From contig CAWBVY010000008.1 in assembly GCA_963792415.1 (NCBI GenBank), forward strand, positions 1 through 64,000: a stretch of 64,000 nucleotides of DNA. Reading direction: 5' to 3'. The stretch is from Candidatus Deferrimicrobiaceae bacterium (GTDB lineage Bacteria; Desulfobacterota; Deferrimicrobia; Deferrimicrobiales; Deferrimicrobiaceae). The notes under the pieces are model-generated. The model was not told the DNA's origin. It made no database searches and saw only the letters and a program-made list of their open reading frames with translations. The position numbers were made by a program, and so were the translations under genes. Of this stretch, positions 48,801 to 58,925 are shown piece by piece (position 1 is the stretch's first letter; the number at the start of each line of letters is the position of its first letter).

Positions 48801-49118
48801 GCCGTTGCGAACGGTGCCGCGGAGCAGGGGGATCAGCTCCAGGTCGACCTGGAGGGTCGCGACCGTTCCGGCCGCCAGGCCGGGTACGTCGATGGAGGCG
48901 CCGCGGACCACTACCCGCGGCCGGGGGAAGAGGGTGACCTCGGCCCGGGCGTAAGAGAGGTGAATCCCGGTCCTGCGCTCGAGTTCCGCCGTGGCGAGGT
49001 CACGGACCGCCTTCGTGTTGAGGAGCAGCGGGCCGAGGAGGACCAGCGCGGCGAGGAGGGCCAGCAGAATCCCGGTTCCGGCGAGCAGGAAGGTGGAAAG
49101 GTGCCTGGATCGCGTCAT
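45855..49118 (-). CDS. AsmA-like (beta-taco) envelope protein
   Basis: N-terminal TM helix, about 1090 aa beta-rich body, C-terminal PFGTVDAVVRKIPVLGYILGG..V.GDINDP. Confidence 0.85.
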   Translation of the reverse strand: MTRSRHLSTFLLAGTGILLALLAALVLLGPLLLNTKAVRDLATAELERRTGIHLSYARAEVTLFPRPRVVVRGASIDVPGLAAGTVATLQVDLELIPLLRGTVRNGAILLEAPDFRVRIPPRAKPEKAFSLEEFEGNLSSLLDTLRRSAPAMVVTVRNGRLEISDGDGPIVSLRELNARVGFPPERMTLQLRCTSGFWEDLSIESSLHPEGLRGDTHVETARFRVRDFVSRIAPGAVPWLRETVVSLRGRIETEGLRKLEARATVAGSTFTVPKIDLTLVDVGGEVSLSGGILTGQGLSARLGNSRVREGTLRMGITGRDAPFHADLPADADLAELQPLLRRLVRNERFREEIDRVHGVRGTASGRLTLGERLSSIRPTVALASVDLAGKYDPIPFPIAIRGGKASYDGVSFAVTDLRGNLGGSTFSGLTGRLDLGNPPAISIRGGTARIALEEVYPWIASLDGIRNAVKPVRSVQGVAEIATLSCDGPLREPGAWRFEAGGSVENLEVDTSLLPGPVTIPRGRFRILPEELSFTDVEASLLDTTFRGGVQVRGHRKGVDQVAASLHGRVEAEAAKWAFASIEVPHPYAPKAPFTVTGSTFSWEKGGAVVVDATLAWPEGPDISLSLRKTPETLSVDPLVIRDEASDAKVAFHLEPGTAKVKFTGTLSSSTVGKVVPVQVRSGQRIQGEMEAVLDRGNPERSSALGTLEVDDLAIPWKPLAPLAIRHVSFSAEGRKVRVASSDLAWDNVPFSLIGTAEFGGEKVVADLDLSAGDIDVDKLARSIRPEGSGKPEAGAPGVAESLQEGTAKPPGSPRLPVQGVLRFRAASLSHGSLTWRPVRAEAEIGEDRLRFALSEANLCGVSTLGTLTLDATGPAIELAVSAAGEDVEATMMCLSGKKVSLTGTYGASVRLAGKGTGEALLRSLRGPGELTLKDGRINKMTFLSRVFSYLNVTELLRGKLPDLGKEGFPYRTLVVRGEAKDGKFLLGELTMDAPSMGIAATGEVDFLRREEDLKVLVSPFGTVDAVVRKIPVLGYILGGTLVTIPVAVRGDINDPKVTPLDPAAVGEGLLGIVERTLKAPVHILSP

Positions 49119-49128
49119 CGCGGCGGCG

Positions 49129-50295
49129 TCAGAACCAGGAGTTCCCGAAGACGACGTAGGCGGCCCACTGCTCCGGGCCCCGTGCGACGTCGATCCCCAT
49201 GTGGAGGCCGAACTCCCGGGCGGTGAGATAGCGAAAACCCCCGCCGGCGTTCCACACGGTCTCCGCATCCTGCAGGGCGTCGAATCCGTCCGCCGCCTTG
49301 GCGATCCCGGCGAACCCGACAAGGCCCCAGCGCGGCGTGACCATCCACCGTTCCTCCGTTTCGAGCGTCAGCACGTCGGTCCCCTGATACCGCAGCGCCG
49401 GGATCCCCCGCAGCTGAACGAAGGGGAGGGCGTAGAACGGGGCGTCCCCGTCGACGAACTGCCCGTCGGCGCGGAGCCCCGCGACGACGTTCGGCACCAC
49501 CGGCCAATACCCGACGGCCTTGGCGCGCAGCTCCCGGTAGTCGTAGTCCCCGCCGAAGATCCTGTCGAAGACGCCCAGGGACGCCTTCGCGTGGATGCCC
49601 CGGTTGGGCGTAAAGAAATTGTCCCTGCTGTCGTATTCGAGGTACGGGATCAGCCCGCCGATCTTCGAGTTCCCCGTCCACTCCCGGTCGGTGATGCCGG
49701 GGATATTCCTCCCCGGCTCGAACGTGATGTCCGAGGAGACGAATACGTATCGCAGTCCGGCGAAGAAGTCGCTCCCGGGGATCCGTACGCCGATGTCCTG
49801 CAGGAACGGGACCGTCCGGATCTCGACGTCGCGGGAGACGTCGGATGTTTGCGGCAGGGTGCCGTAAAACGTGAGCTGCAGATCCGCGTACCCCAGTCCG
49901 CCGAGGTACCGGATCCGGTCCTCCTTCCAGACCCCGCGGTGGCCGCCGAAGACGCCCCAGCTCCCGTTTTCCGTCGCGAAGCCCCCGACCGCCGTGAGGC
50001 TGGGCGGGACCATGCGGCCCTCCCCGGCGGGCGCCGGGCCCGGCGGGGAATCCCCTTCCTTCCGGTGGAAGAAAACGACCCCTCCCGCCGCCCCGTACCC
50101 CACCGCAGGCTCGGTGATGGGCGCGAGGATCGGGACGAACCCCGTCCGGGTCTTGATGAACCGGCTCACGTCGAAGGCCCCGTCCGCCGGATCGGTGAAA
50201 AGTTCCTTGAAGGAGGTTTCGGCGGCGGCAGAGGTTGTCGACAGGAGAAGAATCGTCGCGGTGAAAACCCCGAGTATCGCGACGCTCCTGCCCAT
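49129..50295 (-). CDS. Omp85/BamA-TamA-type barrel-only outer-membrane protein
   Basis: PITEPAVGYG, YDSRDNFFTP.RG, LRGIP..RY.G, GFRYL.AREFGLHMGIDVA, C-terminal W-F, no POTRA domains. Confidence 0.85.
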   Translation of the reverse strand: MGRSVAILGVFTATILLLSTTSAAAETSFKELFTDPADGAFDVSRFIKTRTGFVPILAPITEPAVGYGAAGGVVFFHRKEGDSPPGPAPAGEGRMVPPSLTAVGGFATENGSWGVFGGHRGVWKEDRIRYLGGLGYADLQLTFYGTLPQTSDVSRDVEIRTVPFLQDIGVRIPGSDFFAGLRYVFVSSDITFEPGRNIPGITDREWTGNSKIGGLIPYLEYDSRDNFFTPNRGIHAKASLGVFDRIFGGDYDYRELRAKAVGYWPVVPNVVAGLRADGQFVDGDAPFYALPFVQLRGIPALRYQGTDVLTLETEERWMVTPRWGLVGFAGIAKAADGFDALQDAETVWNAGGGFRYLTAREFGLHMGIDVARGPEQWAAYVVFGNSWF

Positions 50296-50468
50296 GTGCC
50301 CGATTATAGCAAGGCCCGCGCCGCGCGGGGGAATCGTGGGGCGGAGCCGCGTGTCGATCCGGCATGGCGTTCCCTCCCCGGGGGTTGATACTGACACCAC
50401 GTGCCTGATCGGCGTGTTCCTGCGCGCAAGGGGCCTTGACCAAGACCCCGGAAGAAGGAGGAATCATC

Positions 50469-51084
50469 ATGATGAGGATCCCATCGAAGGCGTCCGGGAT
50501 GTTTCATGTGCCGGGGATCTTCGTCGTCTGTCCTGCTGCTGGCTGCCGTGGCGTCTCCGCCGCTCGCGTCCGGGGCCGATGACGCGAAGAAGAAGGAGAA
50601 GGCCCGCGCGGACATCAACAAGATGTCGGACGCGACCCTCTCCCGGCTCTACAAGGCGCAGCCGCAGGCCAAAGACCGCCGTCGCGAAAGCGGCGGGGTA
50701 CGCCGTCTTCAGCAACTTCGGCATGAAGATCTTCTTCGCGGGGGGCGGCTCCGGCAAGGGGGTCGCCGTGAACAACGCGACGAAGAAGAGGACGTACATG
50801 AAGATGATCGAGGTCCAGGCCGGGCTGGGGATGGGGATCAAGAAGTTCCGGCTGGTATGGGTGTTCGAGAAGCAGAAGGACCTGGACGCCTTCGTCAACT
50901 CGGGGTGGGAAATCGGCGGGCAGACGAGCGCGGCGGCGCAGGCGAGCGGCCAGGGAGTGGCGTTCGCCGGGGCCATGTCCGATCGCTCCGGGAGTCTGGC
51001 TCTACCAGCTCACCGACGACGGGCTCGCGCTGGAACTGACCGCCAAGGGAACGAAGTATTACAAGGACGAACGACCTGAACTGA
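50469..51084 (+). CDS. YSC84-related exported protein (several frameshifts)
   Basis: AAGYAVFSNFG, GGGSGKGVA, YMKMIEVQAGLGMGIKKF, YQLT..GLALELT.KGTKYYKD across frames. Confidence 0.8.
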
Positions 51085-51095
51085 GAAATACGCCA

Positions 51096-51134
51096 TTGTA
51101 TACAACGACGGCATTGTGTACAATGTGATACAAG
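51096..51134 (+). promoter_or_regulatory. Toxin-antitoxin promoter with overlapping palindromic operators
   Basis: TTGTAT-17bp-TACAAT. Inverted repeats TTGTATACAA (51096-51105) and CATTGT-gt-ACAATG (51112-51125) cover the -35 and -10 boxes. Confidence 0.75.
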
Positions 51135-51153
51135 ACAATCGGGAGGTGTCGCC

Positions 51154-51372
51154 ATGAGTGTCGCAATATCGATCCGACTCCCTGACGAATTGGCGGAACA
51201 TCTGAAGGGGATCGCTAAAGAGACGGACCGGCCGAGGTCGTACATCATACAGAAAGCTATAGAGGTTTACCTGGAGGATTACTCCGACCTGCAGGTCGCG
51301 CTTGATCGGCTCCGGGACAAGACCGACGCGGTGATCACCGGCAAAGAGCTGAAGAAATCGCTTGGCATATAA
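51154..51372 (+). CDS. Ribbon-helix-helix antitoxin (RelB-like)
   Basis: ISIRLPDEL..L..IAKETDRPRSYIIQKAIE..LEDY.D, overlaps the toxin start, SD GGAGGT. Confidence 0.88.
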   Translation: MSVAISIRLPDELAEHLKGIAKETDRPRSYIIQKAIEVYLEDYSDLQVALDRLRDKTDAVITGKELKKSLGI

Positions 51373-51616
51373 AATCGTTTACAAGAAATCGGTATACAGG
51401 GATTTGAAGAAATTCGACAAGAAGGAAGCATCCAACCTGTTGGATCAGATCGAAAACATTTTATCGGAGCACCCCGCGTCTTTTCCCGTCTTGAAAGGGA
51501 AGTTCTCCGGTCTGAGAAAATATCGTGTCGGGGATTACAGAGTTATTTATGTGATTCTCGAAGCGGACGTGGTCATACTTCGAATTGGCCACAGGCGAGA
51601 CGTCTATAAGAAATAA
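51362..51616 (+). CDS. RelE/ParE-family toxin
   Basis: YKIVYKKS..DLKK, LKG..GLRKYRVGDYRVIY, IGHRRDVY. Confidence 0.92.
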   Translation: MAYKIVYKKSVYRDLKKFDKKEASNLLDQIENILSEHPASFPVLKGKFSGLRKYRVGDYRVIYVILEADVVILRIGHRRDVYKK

Positions 51617-51667
51617 GCCGATTCATGAAATCGAACCGGTAGCGCCCGGTTCCGCCCTGTTTGGGTC

Positions 51668-53999
51668 CTACGACTCCGGGAGGCCGCGGTCCCCGGGGAG
51701 GAGCTTTACCTCGATCGGCCCCTTCGCGTCCAGGTGAACGTCCCGCTGGGGGAAGGCGATGACGATCCCCGCCTGGTCGAGGGCCTCGGCGATCCGGTGG
51801 CGGAGGTCGCTGCACACGACCCGGTTGTCCTTATCATGGGCCAGCGTCAGCCAGAAGAAGGCGCGGAACATCAGCGCGTTGTCCCCGAAGCTCTCGAAGA
51901 TCACCACCGGTTCCGGTGAGGCCAGGACGCGATCGTCCTCCCGGATGACGCCGAGGATCCGCCCGGACGTTTCCCGCGTCGGGGAGCCGTACGCCGCGCC
52001 CACGGCGATCTCGTAGCGCACCCTCTGGTCCGACAGCGTCCAGTTCGTCACCTTGTTCTCCATGAACTGGCTGTTCGGGACGAGCACCTCCACCCCGTCG
52101 AACCGCCGGATGTTCGAACTCCGCAGGCCGATGGACTTCACCCGGCCGAGCTGCCCCTCCATCTCCACGACGTCCCCCACGGAGATGGTACGGTCGAACA
52201 TCAGGATGACGCTGCTGATGAAGTTGCCGATGAGGTGCTGGGCCCCGAAGCCGATGCCGATGGCCAGGATGCCGCCGAAGAACGCGAAGACGGCCAGCGG
52301 GATGTTCACGAAGGTCAGCGAGAGGGGGAAGATAGGAGGAAGCGAGAAGAAGTCCCATTTCCTTTCCATCCGGTTCATGCGGGAGGCGGTCCTGCGAAGC
52401 GCCGGGCGGCGAGACGCTTCATCAGGTTCCCAATCTTCCGCGTTCCCCAGAGCCCCGCCAGCAGGATGATGAGCGCCTTCCCGACCTTCCCGACGGTGAC
52501 GCTGAACGGGCGGACGATCTTCTGACCCTCGATGACCGTCGTCTCTTCCGCCACGTAGAGTTCCGTGTTCCACAGCTTCCCGAAGACGGAGAGGAGGGAC
52601 TTGCCGGTCTCCCGGGCCCGGGCGGCCGTCGCGACGTGCTCCGACGCGGTAATCCAGGTCCTCCTTCCAGCGGGTGGCGACCCGTTCCACCTGGTTGATC
52701 GCCTGGACGACCTGCATCCAGAGGTTCTCGCGCTCCCGGTAGGCGGCGACCCGGGAGCGGACGGATGCCTCTTCCGCTTCCGATAGCTTCCCGGAGAGCA
52801 GCCTCTCGTTTTCGGACAGGACCAGGGGGCCGTACGAGAAGGCGGTTTTTCCGAACGCCTCCTTCCAGGAGCCGAGCCGCTTCAGCGCCTTGTCGACCTC
52901 CGACCGCTTTCCCCGCAGATCTGCCAGGTCCTCGACCTGATCCAGCCGGTACCGGTCCTGCCAGAGCGCTTCCTCGAAATTCACGATCTTGATCGAACCC
53001 TGGTAGATCCCGATTTTCGAGGACGCCGTCTCCAGCCGGATCCGTTCGGTCTCGCCGTCGGTTTTCGACCGGCCGGTACGGGCCTTCTCCAACGCCGCTT
53101 TCGCGGTCCCCTCCTCCTGGATGGCCGCGGCAAGGAGTTTCTCCCGGTCCTTCCTCGTCCCTTCGAGTTCCGCCAGCTTCCGGTCCAGATCCTCCCTGGA
53201 AAGAGGGGACTGGACCTCCGCGCTGCGGTACTGCTCCTCGAAGGACCGGAGTCCCTCCCGTTTGGACCGGATCTTCTCCGCCGAGAGGAGTTGTGCCACG
53301 TCCTCGGCGAGGGCACCTTCGCTGTTGACCTCGTTGCGGAGCCTCGCCAGGTCCAACTGCCGGCGCGCGCGGACCGCGCTCTCCTTCCCGGCGGATTTCT
53401 TCAGAAGGTCCTCCGCCTGGCGAAGCTGTTTCTCGGTCGCTTCGCGGGATTTCAGGAACGCGTTGAGGTTGGCCTCCCGGAGCCGCCCGCTGGATCTCGA
53501 GCGTGTCGATCTCGCTGCGCAGGGCATAGATGTAGTCATAGAGGTTGACCACGGCGGCGAGCGGATACGGAGGGGATCCCGAAAAGCCTTTCCACGCGGA
53601 CCGGCCAGGATCCTCAGGGACTTCGTGCCGCAGCGTCTTGAGGTCCTTCAGGGCCTGCTCGTGCGTTTCGAGCAGGTAGACCAGCTGGAGGTTCAATCGC
53701 CGCCATTCCGCGGCTTCGTCGGGGGTCGTGCCGGGACCGGCGACGTTGTCCTGTCCCGCCGCCGACTGGAGGTGAAGTTCGCCGAGCCTCTCCTGGATCT
53801 GCCCGATCTTCCTGTCGATCTCTTCATCGGTGGCTGGAAGCGACTTCTCCGCACCGGGGGATGCCCGCCCGTCGGCCTTCTTTTCCGCCGACAGCAGGGG
53901 ATTCTGCGCGCCGGTCGAAGACGCCGGGAGGAGCAGGGAAGACGTTGCGGTCAGGAACGCCAGGAAGGCGAGCGTTGCCGGATGCACGAGGCGGCGCAT
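51668..53999 (-). CDS. Large MscS/MscK-like mechanosensitive channel (several frameshifts)
   Basis: Signal peptide, coiled-coil periplasmic region, GIGFGAQHLIGNFISS, VPNSQF..VTNWT, GIVIAFPQRDVHL. Confidence 0.85.
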
Positions 54000-54002
54000 C
54001 GT

Positions 54003-55125
54003 CTATCCTTGCGCGGGCGGCGGTCCGGGAGCGGCCGGAGGGAGCGGTTCCTCCAAGTCGGGGACCGCGTTGCGGGACTCTTCAAGGACGAACAGCAGGA
54101 CGGTGAGAATCAGCGGGCCGAGGATCAGCCCCATGAGCCCGTAGGCGAACAGATCCCCCGAGGATGCCGACGATCAGCAGGGGCAGGGGCATGCCGGCTT
54201 TCCCGCCGATCAGCAGGGGGCGCAGCACGTTGTCGGCGTTGCCGACCACCAGGACGCACCAGAGGAGCAGCCCCACGCCCCAGGCGGTCTGTCCCGTGAA
54301 GAACAGGTAGAGGACCCCCGGGATCCAGACGATCGCGGTCCCCACGAGCGGAATCAGCCCCGAGAACGCCATCACGGTGCCGAAGAGGAGCGGGGAGGGG
54401 AGTCCCGCGACCAGGAATCCCAACCCCCCGAGGACGCCCTGCGCGATGCAGGTCAACCCGACTCCTTTCACCACGGCTTTCGTGACCATCCCGAGGCGGG
54501 AGATCAACTCCCGGGTCCGCTCCCGGGGAAGCGGAACCAGCGCGGGCACCTCGCCGAGCAGGGACTCCCCCTGGACGTAGAAAATGCCCATGACCAGCAG
54601 CGCGAGGATCAGGTTGATGATAAACGTCAGCACGTTCGCGAGGATCGAGGTGAGCATCCCCGTGACGGCGCCGATCCCCTTCTTCATCGCGGCGGGCACC
54701 GTGTTCTTCGCATCCGCGGCGAATGCCGCGACCTGCGGCTGGACCCACTCGACGAACCGGCCGAGAAGGCCCTGGCCCCGGTACGCGTCGAGCTTGTCCA
54801 GGAATTGCTGCGCCGCGTTGTCCTGACCCGCCGTCTTTTCGATCCAGCCGTAAACGTCCGTCGCCTGCTGGCCCAGGGCGCCGATCAGCCCCACGGCCGG
54901 GATCACCAGCAGGAGGAGGACCAGCAGGACCATCAGCGTCGCCGCCGCCCCGTCTCTCCCGCCGAGTTTCCGCCGGAGTCGCTCGTAGAGCGGGAAGGTG
55001 ATCACCGTCAGGACCGCCCCGACGCCGATGGCGGCCAGGAACGGCCGGGCGAGCTGGTACACAAGATAGGCGAGAAATGCGAGCAGGGTGCAGGCGATGA
55101 AGGGTGCGATCACTCTTCGATACAT
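54003..55125 (-). CDS. AI-2E family transporter (frameshift near 54150)
   Basis: AQGVLGGLGF, IPLVGTAIVWIP, DNVLRPLLIG. YGLMGLILGP lies in the shifted frame. Confidence 0.88.
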
Positions 55126-55285
55126 GACGTGGTCCTCTTCCCGTTTTTTCCGGGGTGTAATGTATCACAGGAGTCGTTCCGGGGACGGGGGACGACCGGA
55201 TATTTTGCGTGCGATCAACGTGCTATGATTCGAGCTACCACCCCGTAGCGGGGGAGGAATATAACGGAACCGATGGGAGGAAACC

Positions 55286-55837
55286 ATGCGTCCCGCAGGG
55301 AAATGGTTTGCCGCGCTGGCCGTCTTCACCCTCTGCGTTCTTGCCTTCGCCGTGCGCCCCCCCGAGGCCTTGTCGGGGGACAGCTATCTCCTGGTGAAGG
55401 CGGGCGCCTACACTCCCCAGGCGAGCGACATGGACAACTTCGGCACGGGGGCCAACGTCGGTGTCGCGGTCGGGCATTACTTCCTGCCGTTCTTATCCGG
55501 CGAATTGGAGGGCGGCTACTTCGAATCCAAGGACGGTGGGGATAAGCTCAGCGTATACCCCCTGACCCTCGCCGCGCGGCTCCGGGTCCCCCTGCCGGTC
55601 GTCAAGCCGTACGCCATCCTGGGCGGAGGAGCCTATTTCACCACCCTGGACACCTCGGCCGGATCGAAGGATGACACCGCCTACGGGTACTTCGCGGGGG
55701 CCGGCGTGGACTTCAAGATCACGTTCCTCCTCCTGAACATCGAGGCGAAGTACCTTTGGGTGGAGCCGTCTTTTTCCGGGACCGACAGAAATGTCGAAGG
55801 CGTGGTAGTCACGGCGGGGGTGGGGGTGGAATTCTAG
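55286..55837 (+). CDS. Small 8-stranded outer-membrane beta-barrel (OmpW/OmpA-like)
   Basis: Signal peptide, KPYAILGGG, AGAGVDF, C-terminal GVGVEF. Confidence 0.85.
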   Translation: MRPAGKWFAALAVFTLCVLAFAVRPPEALSGDSYLLVKAGAYTPQASDMDNFGTGANVGVAVGHYFLPFLSGELEGGYFESKDGGDKLSVYPLTLAARLRVPLPVVKPYAILGGGAYFTTLDTSAGSKDDTAYGYFAGAGVDFKITFLLLNIEAKYLWVEPSFSGTDRNVEGVVVTAGVGVEF

Positions 55838-55927
55838 CGTTATCACCTTTTCGTTGGGAGGCGGGCGGGAACGCGAACCGAACACGAACACGAACGGTTG
55901 GACATTCCACTCCAAGGTGACGAAATC

Positions 55928-56731
55928 ATGAAGAAGTTGCGGGCGATGGTCTTATCGGTGCTGGCATTGACTCTCGCATTCCACGGGACGGCGGCCGCCG
56001 GCACGGTCCTGGACCGTATCCAGAAGAAGGGGGAACTGGTGGTGGGGATGTCCGGGGACCAGCCGCCCCTCAACGCCACTACCCGGGACGGGAAGATCAT
56101 CGGTCTCGAGGCCGACATCTCTTCGAGCATGGCCTCCGCCATGGGGGTGAAGCTCAGGATCGCGCGCATGCCCTTTTCGGAGCTGCTGCCGGCGCTTTCG
56201 GAGGGGAAAATCGACGTGATCCTGTCCGGCATGACCATGTCGCCGGCCCGGAACCTGAAGGTGGCGTTCATCGGGCCCTACTACGTCACCGGGAAGGCCT
56301 TTCTGACGAAGAAGGAGACGATCGCCTCGCTGAAGAACGCGGACGGCATCGATTCGCCGGAGTATGTCGTGGTCGCCCTGAAAGGCTCCACCAGCCAGGC
56401 ATATGTCGAAGAGGTTTTGCCCAAGGCGAAGCTTGTGACGACGAAAAATTACGACGAGGCGCTCGACATGGTCCTCCAGGACAAGGCCCACGTGATGGTC
56501 GCGGATTACCATTACTGCGTGGTATCGGCGGTTCGCTTCAAGGAAAAAGGGTTGACCACGGTGACGGCGCCCTTCACCTTCGAGCCCATCGGCGTCGCCA
56601 TGCCGGACGGGGACCCGCTTCTGGTCAACTGGATGCAGAACTTTTTCGTCACCCTGAGCGGATCCGGGGACCTGAAGAAGATGACCGAGCGCTGGTTCAC
56701 CGACGCTTCCTGGCTGAAGGAACTGCCCTGA
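55928..56731 (+). CDS. Amino-acid ABC transporter substrate-binding protein (SBP family 3), orphan
   Basis: LDRIQKKGELVVG, IIGLEAD, GKIDVILSGMT..RNLKVAF. Confidence 0.9.
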   Translation: MKKLRAMVLSVLALTLAFHGTAAAGTVLDRIQKKGELVVGMSGDQPPLNATTRDGKIIGLEADISSSMASAMGVKLRIARMPFSELLPALSEGKIDVILSGMTMSPARNLKVAFIGPYYVTGKAFLTKKETIASLKNADGIDSPEYVVVALKGSTSQAYVEEVLPKAKLVTTKNYDEALDMVLQDKAHVMVADYHYCVVSAVRFKEKGLTTVTAPFTFEPIGVAMPDGDPLLVNWMQNFFVTLSGSGDLKKMTERWFTDASWLKELP

Positions 56732-56751
56732 GCCCACAAGGAGAGGAAACG

Positions 56752-57357
56752 ATGAAACCCTTCGCGAAACGGTTCGTGCCGTTCCTGGTGGCCTGTTTCC
56801 TTCTGCCGGCCTCCTGCGCCACGACGAAGATGACGGATGTCTCGCGGGACGAGAATTACCGGGGAACGATCCGGAAGGTCGTCGTCGTCGGGATCTTCAA
56901 GGAGCCGGACACCCGGAAGATCTTCGAGGATGAATTCGCGGACCGCCTGAGGGCACGCGGCCTGGAGGCCATCGCAAGCCGCAAACTCGTCACCGACGCC
57001 GAAATGCCGGACAAGGATCTCATGATCCGGAAGATCAGGGAATTCGGGGCGGACACCGTGGCGGTGACGAGGGTGATGGACATGGAAACCGTGAAAAACT
57101 ACGTTCCGGGACAAGCCTATGCCATGCCGACGTATTACGGCTACTACGGTGCGTACTACAGTTACAGCTACCGGCCGGCGTACACGGAAACGAAGGGGTT
57201 CGCCTACATGGAAACGAACCTGTACAACACCGGCGACGAGAAACTGATCTGGTCGGGCCGCTCCACGACGAAATTGACCGAAACCCGGTATGAACTGATC
57301 CAGGCCTACGTCAAGACCATGATCGACGGGCTGGCGGAGGCCAAGCTGGTCCGGTAG
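56752..57357 (+). CDS. Hypothetical lipoprotein (DUF4136-like)
   Basis: Lipobox ASC, RKIFEDEF, Tyr-rich loop, ETNLY...LIWSG. Confidence 0.75.
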   Translation: MKPFAKRFVPFLVACFLLPASCATTKMTDVSRDENYRGTIRKVVVVGIFKEPDTRKIFEDEFADRLRARGLEAIASRKLVTDAEMPDKDLMIRKIREFGADTVAVTRVMDMETVKNYVPGQAYAMPTYYGYYGAYYSYSYRPAYTETKGFAYMETNLYNTGDEKLIWSGRSTTKLTETRYELIQAYVKTMIDGLAEAKLVR

Positions 57358-57400
57358 GACAACCGTTTCAGGAACGCTTGTTCGCGAGGGCCGGGGGACT

Positions 57401-57430
57401 GCCGTAACGGGCGGCCCCCCCTGTTACGGC
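57401..57430. terminator. Hairpin between convergent genes
   Basis: GCCGTAACGGG...CCTGTTACGGC. Confidence 0.55.
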
Positions 57431-57458
57431 CCTCCGCCATGCCGCGCGGGTGCGCCGG

Positions 57459-58925
57459 CTACTTCCCGGCCGGGGGGGACTCCGCGGATTCCACTCCGCG
57501 CGGCGGGCCGGTCGCCCCGGCGGTCAGTTTGTCCGCTTCCGTCACCCACCCCCCGCCCATGGCCTTGTACAGGTTGATCATGGCCTGGAACAGGACCCCC
57601 TGGTTCCGGGTGTAGCTCAGCTGGACGTTGAACAGCGTGCGCTGGGCGTCGAGCACCTCGAGGTAGCTGGAGTAGCCGTTGTCGAACCGGAGTTGGGCCA
57701 GCTCCACGTACTTCTGCAGCGCCTCCATCTGCCTGCCCTGGGCGGCCAGCTGCTCCCGCGTCCGGGCCTGGTCGGCGAGGGCGTCGTCGAATTCGCGGAA
57801 CCCCGCCTGGATGGATTGCCGGTACCCGGCCAGCGCCTGCCGCTGGATCGCCTCGGCCGCCTCGACGTCGCCGGCGATCTTCCCCGCGGTGAAGATCGGC
57901 ATGGTGATCGGGGCGCTGTAACTCCAGACCTGCGCGGGCCCGGTGAACAGGGTGGACAGGTCGGTGCTGGCGGACCCGTAGAAGCCGGTCAGGCTGATGG
58001 TCGGATAGTACGCGGCCTTCGCGACGCCGATCCTCGCGTTGGCGGCGATCAGGTTCTGCTCGGCCCGGAGGATGTCGGGCCGGCGCGCGAGCAGGTCCGA
58101 GGGGAGCCCGGCGGGGATCGCGGGGAGCGTCAGCTGGTCGATGGTTTTTCCCCTCGGGATCGGCCCCGGGTTTCGCCCAAGCAGGAAGGAAAGCCCGTTC
58201 TCCTGCTGGGTGATCGCCTTCTCGACCGCCGGGATGACGGCCATCGCCTCTTCGTACTGGGACTTCACCTGGACGTACTCCACCTCGGAGGTGAACCCGC
58301 TCTCGAACCGGAGCTTGAAGATGCCCAGCGACTCCCCGCGGGTCTTCGCCGTCTCCTTTGCGATCTCCAGCTGCCGGTCGAGGTCGAGGAGGTTGACGTA
58401 GGAGCCGGCGACGGAGCCGACCAGGGAGAGGATGACGGCCCGGCGGCCTTCCTCGCTCGCGACGAGTTCCGCGCGGGCGGATTCGGTGGCCCGACGGATG
58501 CGGCCCCAGATGTCCAGTTCCCAGCCGGCGCCGAGCACGGCCGAGTAGCTGTCGAGCGTGCGGTTGTACCCCGGGGGGAGGGTGTTTCCCGTCTCCTGTG
58601 TGGTCTGCTGGCGGCCCGCCGCCGCACTGGCCCCGACCTGGGGGAAGAGGTCGGCGCGGACGAAGCCGTACCGTCCGGCGAACTCATCAACCCGCGCGGA
58701 GGCGATCTGCAGGTCCAGGTTCTCCCGGAGCGCGCTGCCGATCAGGTTGTCGAGCACCGGGTCGTTGAACTGTCCCCACCAGGCGGTGTCGGCGACGTCC
58801 TTCGCCTGGGCGTCCGTCATGCGCCAGGCGGGGGGTGTGTCCACCGCGGGACGCACGTAGTTGGGTCCGACCGTGCATCCGCCGAGGGTCAGGGCGATCA
58901 CGGACAGGAGGATCAATTTACGCAT
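57459..58925 (-). CDS. RND outer-membrane factor lipoprotein (OprM/NodT family)
   Basis: LGGCTVGPNY.RP, WELDIWGRIR, PSDLLARRPDI, LEVLDAQR, LYKAMGGGW. Confidence 0.95.
   Translation of the reverse strand: MRKLILLSVIALTLGGCTVGPNYVRPAVDTPPAWRMTDAQAKDVADTAWWGQFNDPVLDNLIGSALRENLDLQIASARVDEFAGRYGFVRADLFPQVGASAAAGRQQTTQETGNTLPPGYNRTLDSYSAVLGAGWELDIWGRIRRATESARAELVASEEGRRAVILSLVGSVAGSYVNLLDLDRQLEIAKETAKTRGESLGIFKLRFESGFTSEVEYVQVKSQYEEAMAVIPAVEKAITQQENGLSFLLGRNPGPIPRGKTIDQLTLPAIPAGLPSDLLARRPDILRAEQNLIAANARIGVAKAAYYPTISLTGFYGSASTDLSTLFTGPAQVWSYSAPITMPIFTAGKIAGDVEAAEAIQRQALAGYRQSIQAGFREFDDALADQARTREQLAAQGRQMEALQKYVELAQLRFDNGYSSYLEVLDAQRTLFNVQLSYTRNQGVLFQAMINLYKAMGGGWVTEADKLTAGATGPPRGVESAESPPAGK

Noticed and set aside
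55868-55898. Short GAAC(A/G)C tandem repeats upstream of the SBP gene
   Set aside because: Too short and irregular to support a function.
57401-57430. Possible sixth att copy (GCCGTAAC...GTTACGGC)
   Set aside because: The arm order is reversed relative to the att terminator and no tRNA remnant is adjacent. It is better explained as an ordinary terminator between convergent genes.
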